From positions 577-64,576 of the forward strand of contig JBBKWR010000119.1 of assembly GCA_037969055.1 (NCBI GenBank): a stretch of DNA of 64,000 nt, read 5' to 3'. Positions within the stretch are counted from its first letter, which is position 1, and each line of letters starts with the position of its first letter. Shown piece after piece: positions 28,501 to 39,065 of this stretch. The position numbers and the translations under genes are program-made. The stretch comes from Flavobacteriaceae bacterium. GTDB lineage: Bacteria > Bacteroidota > Bacteroidia > Flavobacteriales > Flavobacteriaceae. The notes under the pieces were generated by a model, which had not been told where the DNA came from, ran no database searches, and saw only the letters and a program-made list of their open reading frames with translations.

Positions 28501-28977
28501 GACCGATTCCATGTACTTTGACTTGTAGGTTATGTACGGGTCATCCATATCCACCCAATACCCAACCTGCTCTGTCATTTTATTCCAAACATCGGTATAA
28601 CGCATTACCGCTTTTTTGCAAGCAGCATTATAATCCTCGATCGATATTTTCTTTCCAATATCTTCTTTGGTAATGCCGAGCTCTTTTTCGACGCCAAGTT
28701 CTATGGGCAATCCATGGGTATCCCAGCCCGCTTTCCGTTTTACCTGAAAACCCTTCATCGTTTTGTAGCGCGGAAAAATATCTTTGATGGTCCTGGCCAT
28801 CACATGATGAATTCCGGGCATTCCGTTGGCAGACGGTGGCCCTTCATAAAAGACATAGCTAGGTTGGCCCTCCCTTGTGGAAATGCTCTTTTCAAAAATT
28901 TGGTTCTCTTTCCATTTGTCCAGAATTTCTTCAGCAACTTTTGGTAGGTTCAACCCTTTGTATTCTGCAAACTTCAT
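25552..28977 (-). CDS. ileS: Isoleucine--tRNA ligase (type 2)
   Basis: GPPSANG.PGIHH, GWDTHGLP, WTTTPWT, KMSKR. Confidence 0.98.
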   Translation of the reverse strand: MKFAEYKGLNLPKVAEEILDKWKENQIFEKSISTREGQPSYVFYEGPPSANGMPGIHHVMARTIKDIFPRYKTMKGFQVKRKAGWDTHGLPIELGVEKELGITKEDIGKKISIEDYNAACKKAVMRYTDVWNKMTEQVGYWVDMDDPYITYKSKYMESVWWLLKQIYDKGLIYKGYSIQPYSPKAGTGLSSNELNQPGTYQDITDTTVVAQFKAVEASLPKILQNEGTVYFLAWTTTPWTLPSNTALTIGAKIDYVLVETYNQYTFEPTNVVLAKNLVSKQFVGKFVQVDKKPDLLGYGSGDKKIPYYIVKGFKGKDLIGIRYEQLLDYTLPYQHPENAFRIIAGDFVTTEDGTGIVHTAPTFGADDALVAKQAIPEVPPMLVLDENNNPVPLVDLQGRFRPELRELGGKYVKNEYYDEGKAPERSVDVEIAIRLKEENKAFKVEKYTHSYPNCWRTDKPILYYPLDSWFIKITDVRDRMFELNQQINWKPKSTGEGRFGNWLANSNDWNLSRSRYWGIPLPIWRTEDGKEELIVGSMAELKSEMAKAIKAGVMAKDIFDEFVVGDMSEDNYDKIDLHKNIVDQIILVSASGSPMMRESDLIDVWFDSGSMPYAQWHYPHENKDLIDGNKTFPADFIAEGVDQTRGWFYTLHAIATIVFDSVAYKNVISNGLVLDKEGKKMSKRLGNAADPFETMDAHGADATRWYMISNANPWDNLKFDIDGIIEVKRKFFGTLYNTYAFFALYANIDGFTFAEDDIPIKERPEIDRWILSELHTLVKTVDEAYDDYEPTKAARAISDYVQVNLSNWYVRLCRRRFWKPAKKGNSGQGNDLTDKISAYQTLYTCLVTVSKLSAPIAPFLMDRLYTDLTSTSQREKFESVHLSNFPVFDASIVDMALESKMQKAQQISSLVLSIRQKERIKVRQPLQKIMIPVLNKKQRLEIEAVADLIKSEVNVKEIELLDDASGILVKNIKPNFKVLGPKYGNKMKSIAQAISGFSQEDIQEIEQNGEISIAFENKTINLQFQDVEISSQDIEGWQVASSGAFTVALDINISKDLRKEGIARELVNRIQNMRKDSGFEVTDKIDVKIQKDGFVESAIESNLEYIKTETLTADLVLKETMKDGIEIAFDEVNTKLFIQKH

Positions 28978-29139
28978 ATGCAATGCTTCTGGTACCGCAA
29001 ATTAAGGCAGCAAAATTAGGAATTTTTGATTGAATAGCAGAGCTATGTGTGCAGGCAAATCAACTATAAATGCAAGTTCAAGTTCAAAGCCATTAAAAAG
29101 GACCTCTAGGAGTAGTTCGCCAGCGTGAATTTTGACGGT

Positions 29140-31545
29140 TTAAAATTGGACGCCAAATCCAAGAACTAAATTGGTGCCTGGCGCCACAATACCTGAGGAA
29201 TAAGACCTATATCGTTGATCTGTAATGTTTTCCAGCCCTAAGGAGGCCTTGAAAGCATTTGAAATCTGGTACTGGGAACGAAAGTTCAATGTGTACCATG
29301 AGGGTGAAAAAGGATTGCCGTTGGCATCTTGGGCATAGATATAACCTTTACTGCGTTCCGAAGGGGCTAAATCTTCAAATGCAATCTCGCCATTATAATT
29401 CAAAAATAAGTCGGCTCTAAATTTTTGATTTTTCCAAAGGATATGAAAATCACCAAACGTTGGAGCCACATGTCTTCCGGGAGAGTCGGTACCATCATTT
29501 TCCTCCTCGATGCCCTTTGTAAGGGTAATGTTCGAACTAAGTGAAAAATTGTCCGTAACAAAGGCCTCAATACTAAACTCAAATCCGAATACGTAAGCCT
29601 TGGCGGCATTCTGGATCGCCTGAACATTGCTCAGCTCCCCATTGTATTCTATTTGTTGTTGCCCATTGAACAGAAAATCCCTTCTAACCAATGCGTCCAC
29701 CAAATAGGTATAGAATGCCGCCCCTTTGAACACTAATTTATCATCGAAATTCTTGAGAAGCCCTAGCTCGGCATTATAAGCATATTCAGGTTCCAGATTG
29801 GGATTTGGAACCACCACTGCCCCTGGTTCGGAGTCAAATATTTTGCCCACATCATCAATATTGGGTGCGCGGAAGCCTGTTGAGCCGTTAAGGGTAACCT
29901 GCAGATCTGCTTTGGGAAACCAACTAAATCCAATACTTCCGGTCAAGGCCCCATTGTTCAGATCGGCATTATCAAAGGGAAATGGATAAAATGTTTTGTC
30001 AAAAAGGGCATCGATCCAAACATGACTGTATCTAAGCCCAGTGAGCAAGCTAAAATTGGGCATTGCCTTATACTCACCGTTCACATAACCGGCCAACGTC
30101 TGCCAGGTAGACCCATCGGGGTATCTGGAGGCCCCATTGGAAACAACGTTCGTGGTTATATCGGTTTGACTTCCCACTGAACGCACCTTATTAAAGATGT
30201 ATTCCCCTCCATAGTATAACCTGAGGTTGCCAATCTTCTTGTTCTCAAAATCGATATTCGCTGAAATCGCATCGACTTTTTCATCCGTACCAAATCGGAT
30301 GTTATCCTGAAAATCCCTTTCCCATCGGCTTTCATTAAAATGTTGATAGGCAGTGGTAATTTTCAATCCATCATAAAAAAGTCCTTTGCCTTTTTTATTG
30401 ATCTGCATGTTCGCCATGAACCATTTTTGTGGACCATATTGCCATTCAGCTGAACGGAGTCCGTCTCCCCTAGGCCTGATCAAACGATCATATCTTGAAT
30501 AATCGGAAGTTTCGGAATAGTGGGTATTGAGGTTTAAATTCCAATTGTTGTTTGGGCGGAAGGCAATCTTTTGCATTACATTGATTTGATCATAGCCGGT
30601 AGGGTTCTGTTTTTCCGGGTCGGGATTGGAAACGACCAAATCTGTTCCATTAATAGTATTTACATAGTAATCGCGCAGGTAAGAATCCGGCCCGTACTTG
30701 CCCATGGTAAGGTCCCCAAAATTATTGTAGGTAACGCTCGTAAGTGACGCCCAGCTATTGCCTCCTATGTTCATGTCTATATGTCCGGTGCGCTCATTGT
30801 TCGCCGAAGAAAATCTAAGTTCGGAGTTGCCCGATATCCCAATGCTGTCTTTTTGGGCAAATATTGGATCTTTCGTATAAAAATTCATTACCCCGCCCAT
30901 CGCATCACTTCCATAGATAACCGATCCGGGGCCAAAAATGACTTCCGTTTTTCGTACCGCAAATGGATCGATGGAAATTACATTCTGCAGGTTGCCACCC
31001 CTAAAAATGGCATTGTTCATCCGTACCCCATCTACGGTAAGTAAAAGCCTATTGGTTGCAAAACCCCTGATCATGGGGCTTCCACCGCCTAATTGGCTTT
31101 TTTGGACAAAAACTTTTCCGCTAACTTGCAAAAGATCAGCAGCAGTTTGGGGATTGGCAAAATCAATCTGTTGCGCATCAATGGAGGCAATTTTTTGTGG
31201 GATATCTTTTTTTTGTTGTTCCCATTTAGAAATAGACATGACCACCTCCTCCAATTGGTGGGCCTTAATGGTAAGAAAAAAGCGGGCGCCATGTTTTTGT
31301 ATTGATGACTTGGTACTCCTTCTCATCTCGTACCCAAGGTGCTTAAAAACAATTCGCTCTTTGTTTTGGAAACCAGAAAGATCACATTTACCATCAAAAT
31401 CTGAGAGGGATGTTATCGATTTGTCCAAATTATATACGGCAACATTCGGGATGGGTTCCCATGTTTCGGCATCCAAAATGATAATTTCCTGGGCGTTTAC
31501 AGCCTGAAAAATGAAAAAAATAATAGCATATGTAATCCGTTGCAT
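29140..31545 (-). CDS. TonB-dependent receptor
   Basis: Plug SQLGGGSPMIRG, GPGSVIYGSDAMGG, FRAPN, terminal Phe. Confidence 0.92.
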   Translation of the reverse strand: MQRITYAIIFFIFQAVNAQEIIILDAETWEPIPNVAVYNLDKSITSLSDFDGKCDLSGFQNKERIVFKHLGYEMRRSTKSSIQKHGARFFLTIKAHQLEEVVMSISKWEQQKKDIPQKIASIDAQQIDFANPQTAADLLQVSGKVFVQKSQLGGGSPMIRGFATNRLLLTVDGVRMNNAIFRGGNLQNVISIDPFAVRKTEVIFGPGSVIYGSDAMGGVMNFYTKDPIFAQKDSIGISGNSELRFSSANNERTGHIDMNIGGNSWASLTSVTYNNFGDLTMGKYGPDSYLRDYYVNTINGTDLVVSNPDPEKQNPTGYDQINVMQKIAFRPNNNWNLNLNTHYSETSDYSRYDRLIRPRGDGLRSAEWQYGPQKWFMANMQINKKGKGLFYDGLKITTAYQHFNESRWERDFQDNIRFGTDEKVDAISANIDFENKKIGNLRLYYGGEYIFNKVRSVGSQTDITTNVVSNGASRYPDGSTWQTLAGYVNGEYKAMPNFSLLTGLRYSHVWIDALFDKTFYPFPFDNADLNNGALTGSIGFSWFPKADLQVTLNGSTGFRAPNIDDVGKIFDSEPGAVVVPNPNLEPEYAYNAELGLLKNFDDKLVFKGAAFYTYLVDALVRRDFLFNGQQQIEYNGELSNVQAIQNAAKAYVFGFEFSIEAFVTDNFSLSSNITLTKGIEEENDGTDSPGRHVAPTFGDFHILWKNQKFRADLFLNYNGEIAFEDLAPSERSKGYIYAQDANGNPFSPSWYTLNFRSQYQISNAFKASLGLENITDQRYRSYSSGIVAPGTNLVLGFGVQF

Positions 31546-31546
31546 A

Positions 31547-32266
31547 TTAGCTGAAAACTTCATTTAAAATGGCAAGGGACTTTGGCTTTCGAAATCCTTG
31601 CAAATGCAATTCAAAATACTGAACAAGGGATTTTAAAAGGTCTTGTCGGTTTTTCTTCTTCATCTTGACAATTGAAATGGCATCAAAATCTATGCCCAAA
31701 AAGGTTTTGAAAAAACTAAGGTTCTCCCCGGCAATGACAGGATTCAATGAAGGTGTATTGGTAAATTTCCCTTCGCGTAGGTCAAAATAAGAAGCATCCA
31801 TGTTCTTGAGATCCGGATAAAAGCCCAAATATTTAGTGAATGCGACTAAAAAATAAATATGGAAGTTAACACTTTCGTGGTGTGAATCGAGCCATTGTAG
31901 GGAAGCGGTCAAAAAATTGAAAAGTCCAATGTTTCGCTCTTCTTCATGAATACTGTTCCCGATCATTTCTGCCAGAAAAAGGGTCATCGCATTTTTTGCA
32001 ATATCGGTATGAAGGGTTTGATAGGGAATATCAAGTTTCGCCTCGCGGATGCTTTCCAATGTTCCCTTATTGCGATGCGCGGCAACGATTTCCAATTGTG
32101 TCAAGGGTTGAAAGTAAGCAGGTTTCAATTTACCCTTTTTGGTGGCCAATACCCCTTTTATCAGATATGATTTAAGTCCGTCCGAAGCGGTAAAAGCCCT
32201 TACGATCAAGCTCGTATCCCCATACTTCAAGGATGAAAGAACTATGGCTTTTGTAGTAACCTGCAT
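31547..32266 (-). CDS. recO: DNA repair protein RecO
   Basis: AIVLSSLKYGDTSLIV, FQPLT, LGFYP. Confidence 0.92.
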   Translation of the reverse strand: MQVTTKAIVLSSLKYGDTSLIVRAFTASDGLKSYLIKGVLATKKGKLKPAYFQPLTQLEIVAAHRNKGTLESIREAKLDIPYQTLHTDIAKNAMTLFLAEMIGNSIHEEERNIGLFNFLTASLQWLDSHHESVNFHIYFLVAFTKYLGFYPDLKNMDASYFDLREGKFTNTPSLNPVIAGENLSFFKTFLGIDFDAISIVKMKKKNRQDLLKSLVQYFELHLQGFRKPKSLAILNEVFS

Positions 32267-32504
32267 ATTTTTGGTCGGGTTTGGTACAAAGATAGACGGA
32301 ATGTTCCATTAGCGTTAATGGCCATTCCCAAGAAATTTCGTTTGCTGGATTTTAAAAAAACTTCGCATGCCGTTATTTAGGGAAAGTAATAAACCCTTAT
32401 CCATATTTTATGTGATGGATAAGGGTTCAGGTATAATAATGGCTTAAAAAGGTATTTCTTAAATAACGTAAAACGATCCCACTGAAAAAAAACGATAGTC
32501 TGTT

Positions 32505-33848
32505 TTATATGACCCCTTGGGCCATCATCGCATCGGCGACCTTAACAAATCCGGCAATATTTGCTCCTTTCACATAGTTGCAATAGCCGTCTTTTTCCTT
32601 GCCATATTGAATACAAGAATCATGGATGTCCTCCATGATGCCCTTCAAACGTTCATCGACCTCTTCCCGTGTCCAGCTGATCCTAAGGGAGTTCTGGGAC
32701 ATTTCCAACCCAGAAGTAGCAACGCCACCAGCGTTCGACGCCTTTCCTGGGGCAAACAAAATCCTGGCTTTCTGGAATTCATGGATGGCATCGGGTGTGG
32801 AAGGCATGTTGGCACCTTCGGCCACGCAGACACAACCATTTTTTATCAGGATCTTGGCGCTTTTGCCATCCAATTCGTTCTGGGTAGCGCAGGGCAGGGC
32901 AATGTCGCACTTGACTTCCCAAGGGGTCTTCCCCTTAAAGAATTTTGCGGACGGGTATTTTTTAGCATATTCCGAAATACGGCCCCTTTTGTTGTTCTTT
33001 AGGTCCATCACATACGCCAGTTTCTTGGCGTCGATGCCATCCTTATCAAAAATGTATCCTTCAGAATCAGATAGTGTCAACACTTTTGCGCCGAGATACA
33101 AAGACTTTTCAGCAGCGAATTGTGCCACATTCCCAGATCCGGATATCACCACGTTTTTTCCGGCGAATTCCAATTTTTTGGTTTGCATCATGCTCTGCGC
33201 AAAATATACCGTACCATATCCAGTGGCTTCGGGGCGTATTAAGGAACCCCCCCAAGAAATGCCTTTGCCCGTTAGCACGCCGGTAAATTCATTCCTTATT
33301 TTTTTGTACATCCCAAAAAGGAAGCCGATCTCCCTGAAACCAACGCCAATATCACCAGCTGGCACATCGGTATTCGGGCCGATATGTCTACAGAGTTCCG
33401 TCATAAATGCATGGCAAAAACGCATTACCTCATCATCCGATTTTCCCTTCGGATCAAAATCAGAACCCCCTTTGCCACCGCCCATAGGTAAGGTGGTCAG
33501 ACTATTTTTGAAAACCTGTTCGAAGGCTAGGAACTTTAAAATACTGGCGTTCACCGATGGATGGAACCGAAGTCCCCCTTTGTAGGGCCCGATGGCAGAA
33601 TTCATCTGGACCCTGTAGCCCCTGTTCACATGAATTTCACCTTCATCATCTACCCAGCACACCCTAAAGGAAATTAACCTTTCGGGTTCTACCATCCTGA
33701 GTAGGATATTCTTACCACTATAAATTTTGTGTTTGGCAATATAAGGGATTACCGTTTCAGCAACTTCCTGTACCGCTTGGATAAATTCGGGTTCATGGCC
33801 ATTCCTGACCCGCACCTCATCCATAAAACCTTTGATCTTTGCATCCAT
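32505..33848 (-). CDS. gdhA: NADP-specific glutamate dehydrogenase
   Basis: GPYKGGLRFH, GGGKGG, RPEATGYG, SGSGNVA. Confidence 0.97.
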   Translation of the reverse strand: MDAKIKGFMDEVRVRNGHEPEFIQAVQEVAETVIPYIAKHKIYSGKNILLRMVEPERLISFRVCWVDDEGEIHVNRGYRVQMNSAIGPYKGGLRFHPSVNASILKFLAFEQVFKNSLTTLPMGGGKGGSDFDPKGKSDDEVMRFCHAFMTELCRHIGPNTDVPAGDIGVGFREIGFLFGMYKKIRNEFTGVLTGKGISWGGSLIRPEATGYGTVYFAQSMMQTKKLEFAGKNVVISGSGNVAQFAAEKSLYLGAKVLTLSDSEGYIFDKDGIDAKKLAYVMDLKNNKRGRISEYAKKYPSAKFFKGKTPWEVKCDIALPCATQNELDGKSAKILIKNGCVCVAEGANMPSTPDAIHEFQKARILFAPGKASNAGGVATSGLEMSQNSLRISWTREEVDERLKGIMEDIHDSCIQYGKEKDGYCNYVKGANIAGFVKVADAMMAQGVI

Positions 33849-33953
33849 AAATTAGTTCGGAATAAGTTGATTTTTATTGATATTAGAATTTAACGGCAAA
33901 AATATATTATTCTAACAATTTTAAGGAACTTTTTTTTACTATTTGATAATTTC

Positions 33954-35108
33954 CTATCCGATAGCCTGCCCCAAATCGGCGATCAGGTCCTCGGCGTCTT
34001 CAATACCAACGCTCAACCTGATGAGGGCATCAACGACACCGCTTTTTTCGCGTTCTTCTTTGGGGATGCTCGCGTGGGTCATGCTTGCAGGATGTCCGGC
34101 TAAACTTTCTACACCGCCCAATGATTCGGCCAAGGTAAAAAGTTTCAATTTTTCTATAATCTTTATAGCGTTGGCAAAGTTGCTTCCCTTGGGTACAAAC
34201 GAAATCATGCCCCCAAAATCATTCATTTGGGTTTTGGCGATCTGATGGTTGGGATGGTTCTCAAATCCTGGCCAATACACCTTCTCTATTTTGGGATGCT
34301 TTGCTAAATATTCGGCCACGACCCTTCCATTTTCGCAATGCCGCTGCATTCTCACATGCAAGGTCTTAATGCCACGGAGCACCAAAAAACTATCCATGGG
34401 GCCACATACCGCGCCACTTGCATTTTGTATAAAATAGAGTTGGTCGGCCAATGCCTTGTCTGTAACAATCAACGCACCGACCACCACATCGCTATGGCCC
34501 CCTAAATATTTAGTTGCGGAATGCATGACGATATCGGCACCAAGATCTAATGGTCGCTGTAAATAAGGTGTAGCAAAAGTGTTGTCGACCGCCAACAAAA
34601 TTTTGTGCTTTTTTGCCAATAGTGAAACGGCTTTTAGATCGATGATTTTCATCATCGGATTGGTCGGGGTTTCTACCCAGATCAATTTGGTATTTTTATT
34701 GATATAATCCCCAATCTTTCCTGCATTTTGCATTCCTATAAAATGAAAAGTAATTCCGAATTTTTCAAATATCTTTTTGAACAGACGGTAACTACCCCCA
34801 TATAAATCATTTGTGGAAATTACTTCATCGCCAGGATTCAACAATTTGATAACGGCATCAATAGCTGCCAAGCCACTGGCAAATGCCAAGCCATATTGGC
34901 CATTTTCAATGCTTGCCAAACTTTTTTCCAAGGCCGTTCTGGTCGGATTCGCACTACGTGAATATTCGAATCCCTGGTGTGCGCCTGGAGTACTTTGGGC
35001 ATAGGTTGAAGTTTGGTAGATCGGGGGCATTACCGCCCCATAAGCTTTGTCGGGTTGTTGACCCCCATGTATTGTCTTGCTGTTGAATTTTAACTTTTTT
35101 TCGTCCAT
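33954..35108 (-). CDS. Cystathionine gamma-synthase/gamma-lyase
   Basis: YSRSANPT, ETPTNP, HSATKYLGGHSD, SLGGVESL. Confidence 0.93.
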   Translation of the reverse strand: MDEKKLKFNSKTIHGGQQPDKAYGAVMPPIYQTSTYAQSTPGAHQGFEYSRSANPTRTALEKSLASIENGQYGLAFASGLAAIDAVIKLLNPGDEVISTNDLYGGSYRLFKKIFEKFGITFHFIGMQNAGKIGDYINKNTKLIWVETPTNPMMKIIDLKAVSLLAKKHKILLAVDNTFATPYLQRPLDLGADIVMHSATKYLGGHSDVVVGALIVTDKALADQLYFIQNASGAVCGPMDSFLVLRGIKTLHVRMQRHCENGRVVAEYLAKHPKIEKVYWPGFENHPNHQIAKTQMNDFGGMISFVPKGSNFANAIKIIEKLKLFTLAESLGGVESLAGHPASMTHASIPKEEREKSGVVDALIRLSVGIEDAEDLIADLGQAIG

Positions 35109-35190
35109 CGCGTATAATTATTCCCACAAATGTATCGTTATCTTTGGAAGCGCACAATGAAAGGAAGATTTTACCGCTAACCTAGAGTTT

Positions 35191-35934
35191 ATGAAATTCC
35201 AAATTACCTACTTAATTGCTTTATTGTTATTGTTTGGTTGCAAAAAAGAAACCAATCTTACCTTTGAACCCTATGTACTCACCCTTAAGGAATGCTTAGA
35301 TTGTCCTTCTGTTTCCATAGCTATACCTAGGGCAATGGAACGATCTAAATTGGCCAAAACCATTAACGCTGCCCTACAAGAAGAAATTATCTCGTTATTG
35401 CTATTCGATGACGAAATGGAGGTTTCAAATATGGAAGAAGCCATTACTTCCTTCAAAAATGGCTATTTGGAATTGAAAAAACTCTATGCCGACGAGCCAC
35501 CAGGATGGGAGGCCACTATTGACGGCAAGGTTGTTTATGATGATACTTCCTTGTTAACCATAGAATTGAATTCCTATTTATTTACAGGTGGGGCGCATGG
35601 GTATAGCGCTCAGCGTTTTCTTAATTTCGATAAGGTAAAAGGTAAAGAATTGGAAAATTGGCAGCTTTTTAGCAATCAAGCGGACTTCCAGCATTATGCC
35701 GAGATGAAATTCCGGGAGCAAGAAGCCATTCCCAAAGACAAATCGATCAACCATACTGGTTTGATGTTTGAGAAGGACAGCTTTTATCTCCCAGAAAATA
35801 TCGGTTATACCGAAGAGGGGGTTAAATTGCTTTACAACCCATATGAGGTGGCCTCCTTTGCCGATGGCCCAATAATCATCACGCTACCTTACAAAGAAGT
35901 GGATGCATTTTTAGTGGCTAAAGTCAAGTCATAA
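35191..35934 (+). CDS. DUF3298/DUF4163 lipoprotein
   Basis: LFGC lipobox, TGGAHG, YNPYEVA. Confidence 0.88.
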   Translation: MKFQITYLIALLLLFGCKKETNLTFEPYVLTLKECLDCPSVSIAIPRAMERSKLAKTINAALQEEIISLLLFDDEMEVSNMEEAITSFKNGYLELKKLYADEPPGWEATIDGKVVYDDTSLLTIELNSYLFTGGAHGYSAQRFLNFDKVKGKELENWQLFSNQADFQHYAEMKFREQEAIPKDKSINHTGLMFEKDSFYLPENIGYTEEGVKLLYNPYEVASFADGPIIITLPYKEVDAFLVAKVKS

Positions 35935-35942
35935 TACCATAT

Positions 35943-36398
35943 CTACAGCATTTTTTGGAGCGCTAATATTGTCCCTAAATGTAATCCCTCATGGTAAATA
36001 TTGAATGCCATGGCATCCTGGATATTTTTTAAAGTCACTTTTACGCTGGTCGTATATTCATTGAATTCTTTAAAAAGTCCGTTTTCGAAGTCCACTTTTG
36101 TCCATTCCATCGTTGCGAACAATAAGTCAGTTGTCATTTGTATTTCTTCATCGGTCGCTGTGCCATCCGGTACGGATCCTTTTTTGAATTTATCGACCAT
36201 GAAATCGGAAATCCGCATCGGAAGATTACTTAATCTATAGACGAGGATTTGTTGCGTTACGACTACATGGGCGATGTTCCACCAAATATTATTGCGATGG
36301 CCCCGTGGAATATTCAAGGGTAGTTCTCTTGAGGTTTCGGTCAAAATGCGGTATAAAACTTTACGGTTTTGTAAATTGATATTTAATATTTTTTCCAA
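35943..36398 (-). CDS. DinB family protein
   Basis: NNIWWNIAH, HEGLHLG. Confidence 0.85.
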   Translation of the reverse strand: MEKILNINLQNRKVLYRILTETSRELPLNIPRGHRNNIWWNIAHVVVTQQILVYRLSNLPMRISDFMVDKFKKGSVPDGTATDEEIQMTTDLLFATMEWTKVDFENGLFKEFNEYTTSVKVTLKNIQDAMAFNIYHEGLHLGTILALQKML

Positions 36399-36541
36399 AG
36401 TATTTGGTTTAGATGTGCCATAGAATTGGGGTTCCTAAACCTAAAAGTAGTACAATTGAAGGAAAATAAGTTTCTTTGCAGCGCATTGAACCCCCCCATT
36501 AAATAATAATAATCCATAAATCACACCCTTTTGATTGGTAA

Positions 36542-36916
36542 ATGAAGAAGACACCGGTACCTATGAAAAAAATATACCATTTAAGCACATGCAATACCTG
36601 CAAACGGATTCTGGAAGCGTTACAGCCATTAAAAGGCGTTGCACTACAGGATATCAAAACCGAACCGGTTACTTTGGAACAGTTGGAAGAAATGCACAAA
36701 TTGGCCGGCACCTATGAGGCGCTTTTCAGCAGAAGGGCCCAGTTGTACCAGCAGCGGAATTTAGGGGCAAAGACACTCGTAGAAACAGATTACAGGAATT
36801 TGATCTTAGAGCACTATACTTTTTTGAAGCGGCCTGTTGTTATGGTTGGGGGACAAATATTTATCGGAAACGCCAAAAATCAAGTCTTGGCCGCCAAACT
36901 AGCCCTTCATCCTTGA
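36542..36916 (+). CDS. ArsC/Spx family protein
   Basis: TCNTC, LKRPV. Confidence 0.85.
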   Translation: MKKTPVPMKKIYHLSTCNTCKRILEALQPLKGVALQDIKTEPVTLEQLEEMHKLAGTYEALFSRRAQLYQQRNLGAKTLVETDYRNLILEHYTFLKRPVVMVGGQIFIGNAKNQVLAAKLALHP

Positions 36917-37821
36917 ACAAACGAACACTCGCCATATTTGCAGCGGTCGGTGCCACGATCATTTATGGACTCAATCATACGATTGCCAAAGGGATCATGC
37001 CAGACCATGTGCAGCCTTTTGGATTTATCGTCTTGCGGGTCAGCGGGGCCGCCATTTTATTTTGGATAATATCAATCGCGGGACCCAAAGAGAAAATTGA
37101 AAAAAAAGATTACCCCCGCATGCTTCTTTGTGCCCTATTGGGTATGGGCATAAACATGTTGGTATTTTTTAAAGGCTTGTCGCTATCAACGCCCATTAAT
37201 AGTTCCGTTTTGGTAACGACCACTCCCATTATCGTATTGATTCTTTCTGCCGTACTCATCAAAGAAAAAATAATCTTTAAAAAGGTACTCGGCATCACCA
37301 TCGGCCTACTAGGTGCGCTGGGCCTGATCCTCTTCGGAGCGGAGATCAGGCAGGATGCCCCCAACATCCCACTCGGAAATTTTTTGATCATGATGAATTC
37401 CGTGTTTTATGGATCCTATTTGATTGTTGTGCGGCCACTGCTCAAAAAATACCATCCATTTACTTTTATGAAATGGCTGTTCACTTTGGGCATTGTGATA
37501 TGCTTGCCCTTCGGCTACGACCAAGTCATGGAAATAAGTTGGCAACAGTTGCCTTTTAAGGCAATCTGGGGCATAGTATTTGTGGTAGTGGGAACAACTT
37601 TTTTAACTTATTTCCTCAATATTTTTGCCCTGACCCAATTGAAGGCATCAACATTGAGCGCCTTCGTTTACATACAGCCCTTGGTGGGCATTTTGTTCGC
37701 CGTGTCCTCTGGTCTTGACTCCCTCACCACGGTAAAGTTACTAGCTGCAAGTTTCGTGCTACTAGGGGTCTACCTTGCAAGCAAAAGGCCCATTCGTCCT
37801 TGGTCAAACCAACAACCTTAA
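36913..37821 (+). CDS. DMT/EamA transporter
   Basis: About 10 TM helices in two EamA repeats. Confidence 0.9.
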   Translation: MNKRTLAIFAAVGATIIYGLNHTIAKGIMPDHVQPFGFIVLRVSGAAILFWIISIAGPKEKIEKKDYPRMLLCALLGMGINMLVFFKGLSLSTPINSSVLVTTTPIIVLILSAVLIKEKIIFKKVLGITIGLLGALGLILFGAEIRQDAPNIPLGNFLIMMNSVFYGSYLIVVRPLLKKYHPFTFMKWLFTLGIVICLPFGYDQVMEISWQQLPFKAIWGIVFVVVGTTFLTYFLNIFALTQLKASTLSAFVYIQPLVGILFAVSSGLDSLTTVKLLAASFVLLGVYLASKRPIRPWSNQQP

Positions 37822-37902
37822 CCCTAATTTTGTGATTCCGGCATAGGAGCAAGCATGCTTCACAATTTTTATCCTTATTTTTAGCGCCATAAAAAACATA
37901 GC

Positions 37903-38877
37903 ATGACCAAAAAACCCTCCTTCATTCAAGCGCTTTCCCTACCCGTTATCGCCGCACCCATGTTCCTCATTTCTGGTCCGAAGCTTGTTGTGGAATGTTG
38001 TAAAAACGGCATCGTAGGTACTTTTCCCGCACTAAACCAGCGCACAAGTGAAGATTTTGAAGAGTGGTTGATCGAAATAAAATCGGCTCTCGATTTGTAC
38101 GAAAAAGAAACGGGAAAAAAGGCTGCCCCATATGGTGTTAATCTGATAGTGCATGCGACCAATCCGAGATTGGAGGCAGATCTTAAATTGTGCATCAAAC
38201 ATAAGGTGCCGATTATTATTACTTCGTTGGGGGCCGTGTCTATGGTGGTGGATGCCATTCACAGTTATGGCGGACTCGTGTTTCACGACGTCATTAAAAA
38301 AAGACATGCCGAGAAGGCAGCTGAAGCTGGGGTTGATGGACTCATCCTTGTCGCAGCAGGGGCTGGTGGCCATGCTGGCACGATCAATCCAATGACCTTG
38401 GTGGCCGAAATCAAAAAATTCTTCCATAAAACCATTATTCTTTCCGGCTGCATAAGTACCGGTAGGGATATCGCCTCGGCGATGCAAATGGGTGCAGATT
38501 TGGCGTATATGGGCACTCGATTCATCAATACAAAAGAGAGCAAGGCACCAGAGGCCTATCGACAAATGATCATTGATGCCGGTTCGAGCGATGTGGTCTA
38601 TACCGCAGCCGTCTCTGGGGTGCACGCCAACTTTTTGGGGGGAAGTCTAAAAGCTGCCGGACTTACCGATGAAGATCTGAAGAAAGATACTAAAATCGAT
38701 TTTGGAAAGGAACTTGATACAGAGGCCAAGGCATGGAAAACCATATGGTCTGCTGGTCAAGGATCAGCCTTAATAGATGACAGCCTTCCCGTACATGACT
38801 TGGTCGATCATTTAAAATCAGAATTCAAATCTGCCATCGAGGAACAAGCCAGCCTTTTGGCAACCTTTCCAAAATAG
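37903..38877 (+). CDS. Nitronate monooxygenase family flavin oxidoreductase
   Basis: AAPMF, GAGGHAG, MGTRF, WSAGQG. Confidence 0.9.
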   Translation: MTKKPSFIQALSLPVIAAPMFLISGPKLVVECCKNGIVGTFPALNQRTSEDFEEWLIEIKSALDLYEKETGKKAAPYGVNLIVHATNPRLEADLKLCIKHKVPIIITSLGAVSMVVDAIHSYGGLVFHDVIKKRHAEKAAEAGVDGLILVAAGAGGHAGTINPMTLVAEIKKFFHKTIILSGCISTGRDIASAMQMGADLAYMGTRFINTKESKAPEAYRQMIIDAGSSDVVYTAAVSGVHANFLGGSLKAAGLTDEDLKKDTKIDFGKELDTEAKAWKTIWSAGQGSALIDDSLPVHDLVDHLKSEFKSAIEEQASLLATFPK

Positions 38878-39065
38878 TTGCATGTGGAGCGATAAAAAGT
38901 GATGGATTAAGGGGTTTATTCGTTGTTGTATCAGACAAAAGATAAATTCGTTGAAGCCTTGCGGTTTGATTGGCCATACCCACCGAAACATCGCTAAGCA
39001 GAATGGAAGACCGTACCTTATTTATTATTTATTGTCTAGTGTTAATTGATAACTGCCCCGACCAA

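Noticed and set aside
32626-33585. 319-aa ORF antisense to gdhA
   Set aside because: It mirrors the codons of a highly conserved gene and has no motifs; the same applies to shadow ORFs over ileS, sulP and the TonB receptor.
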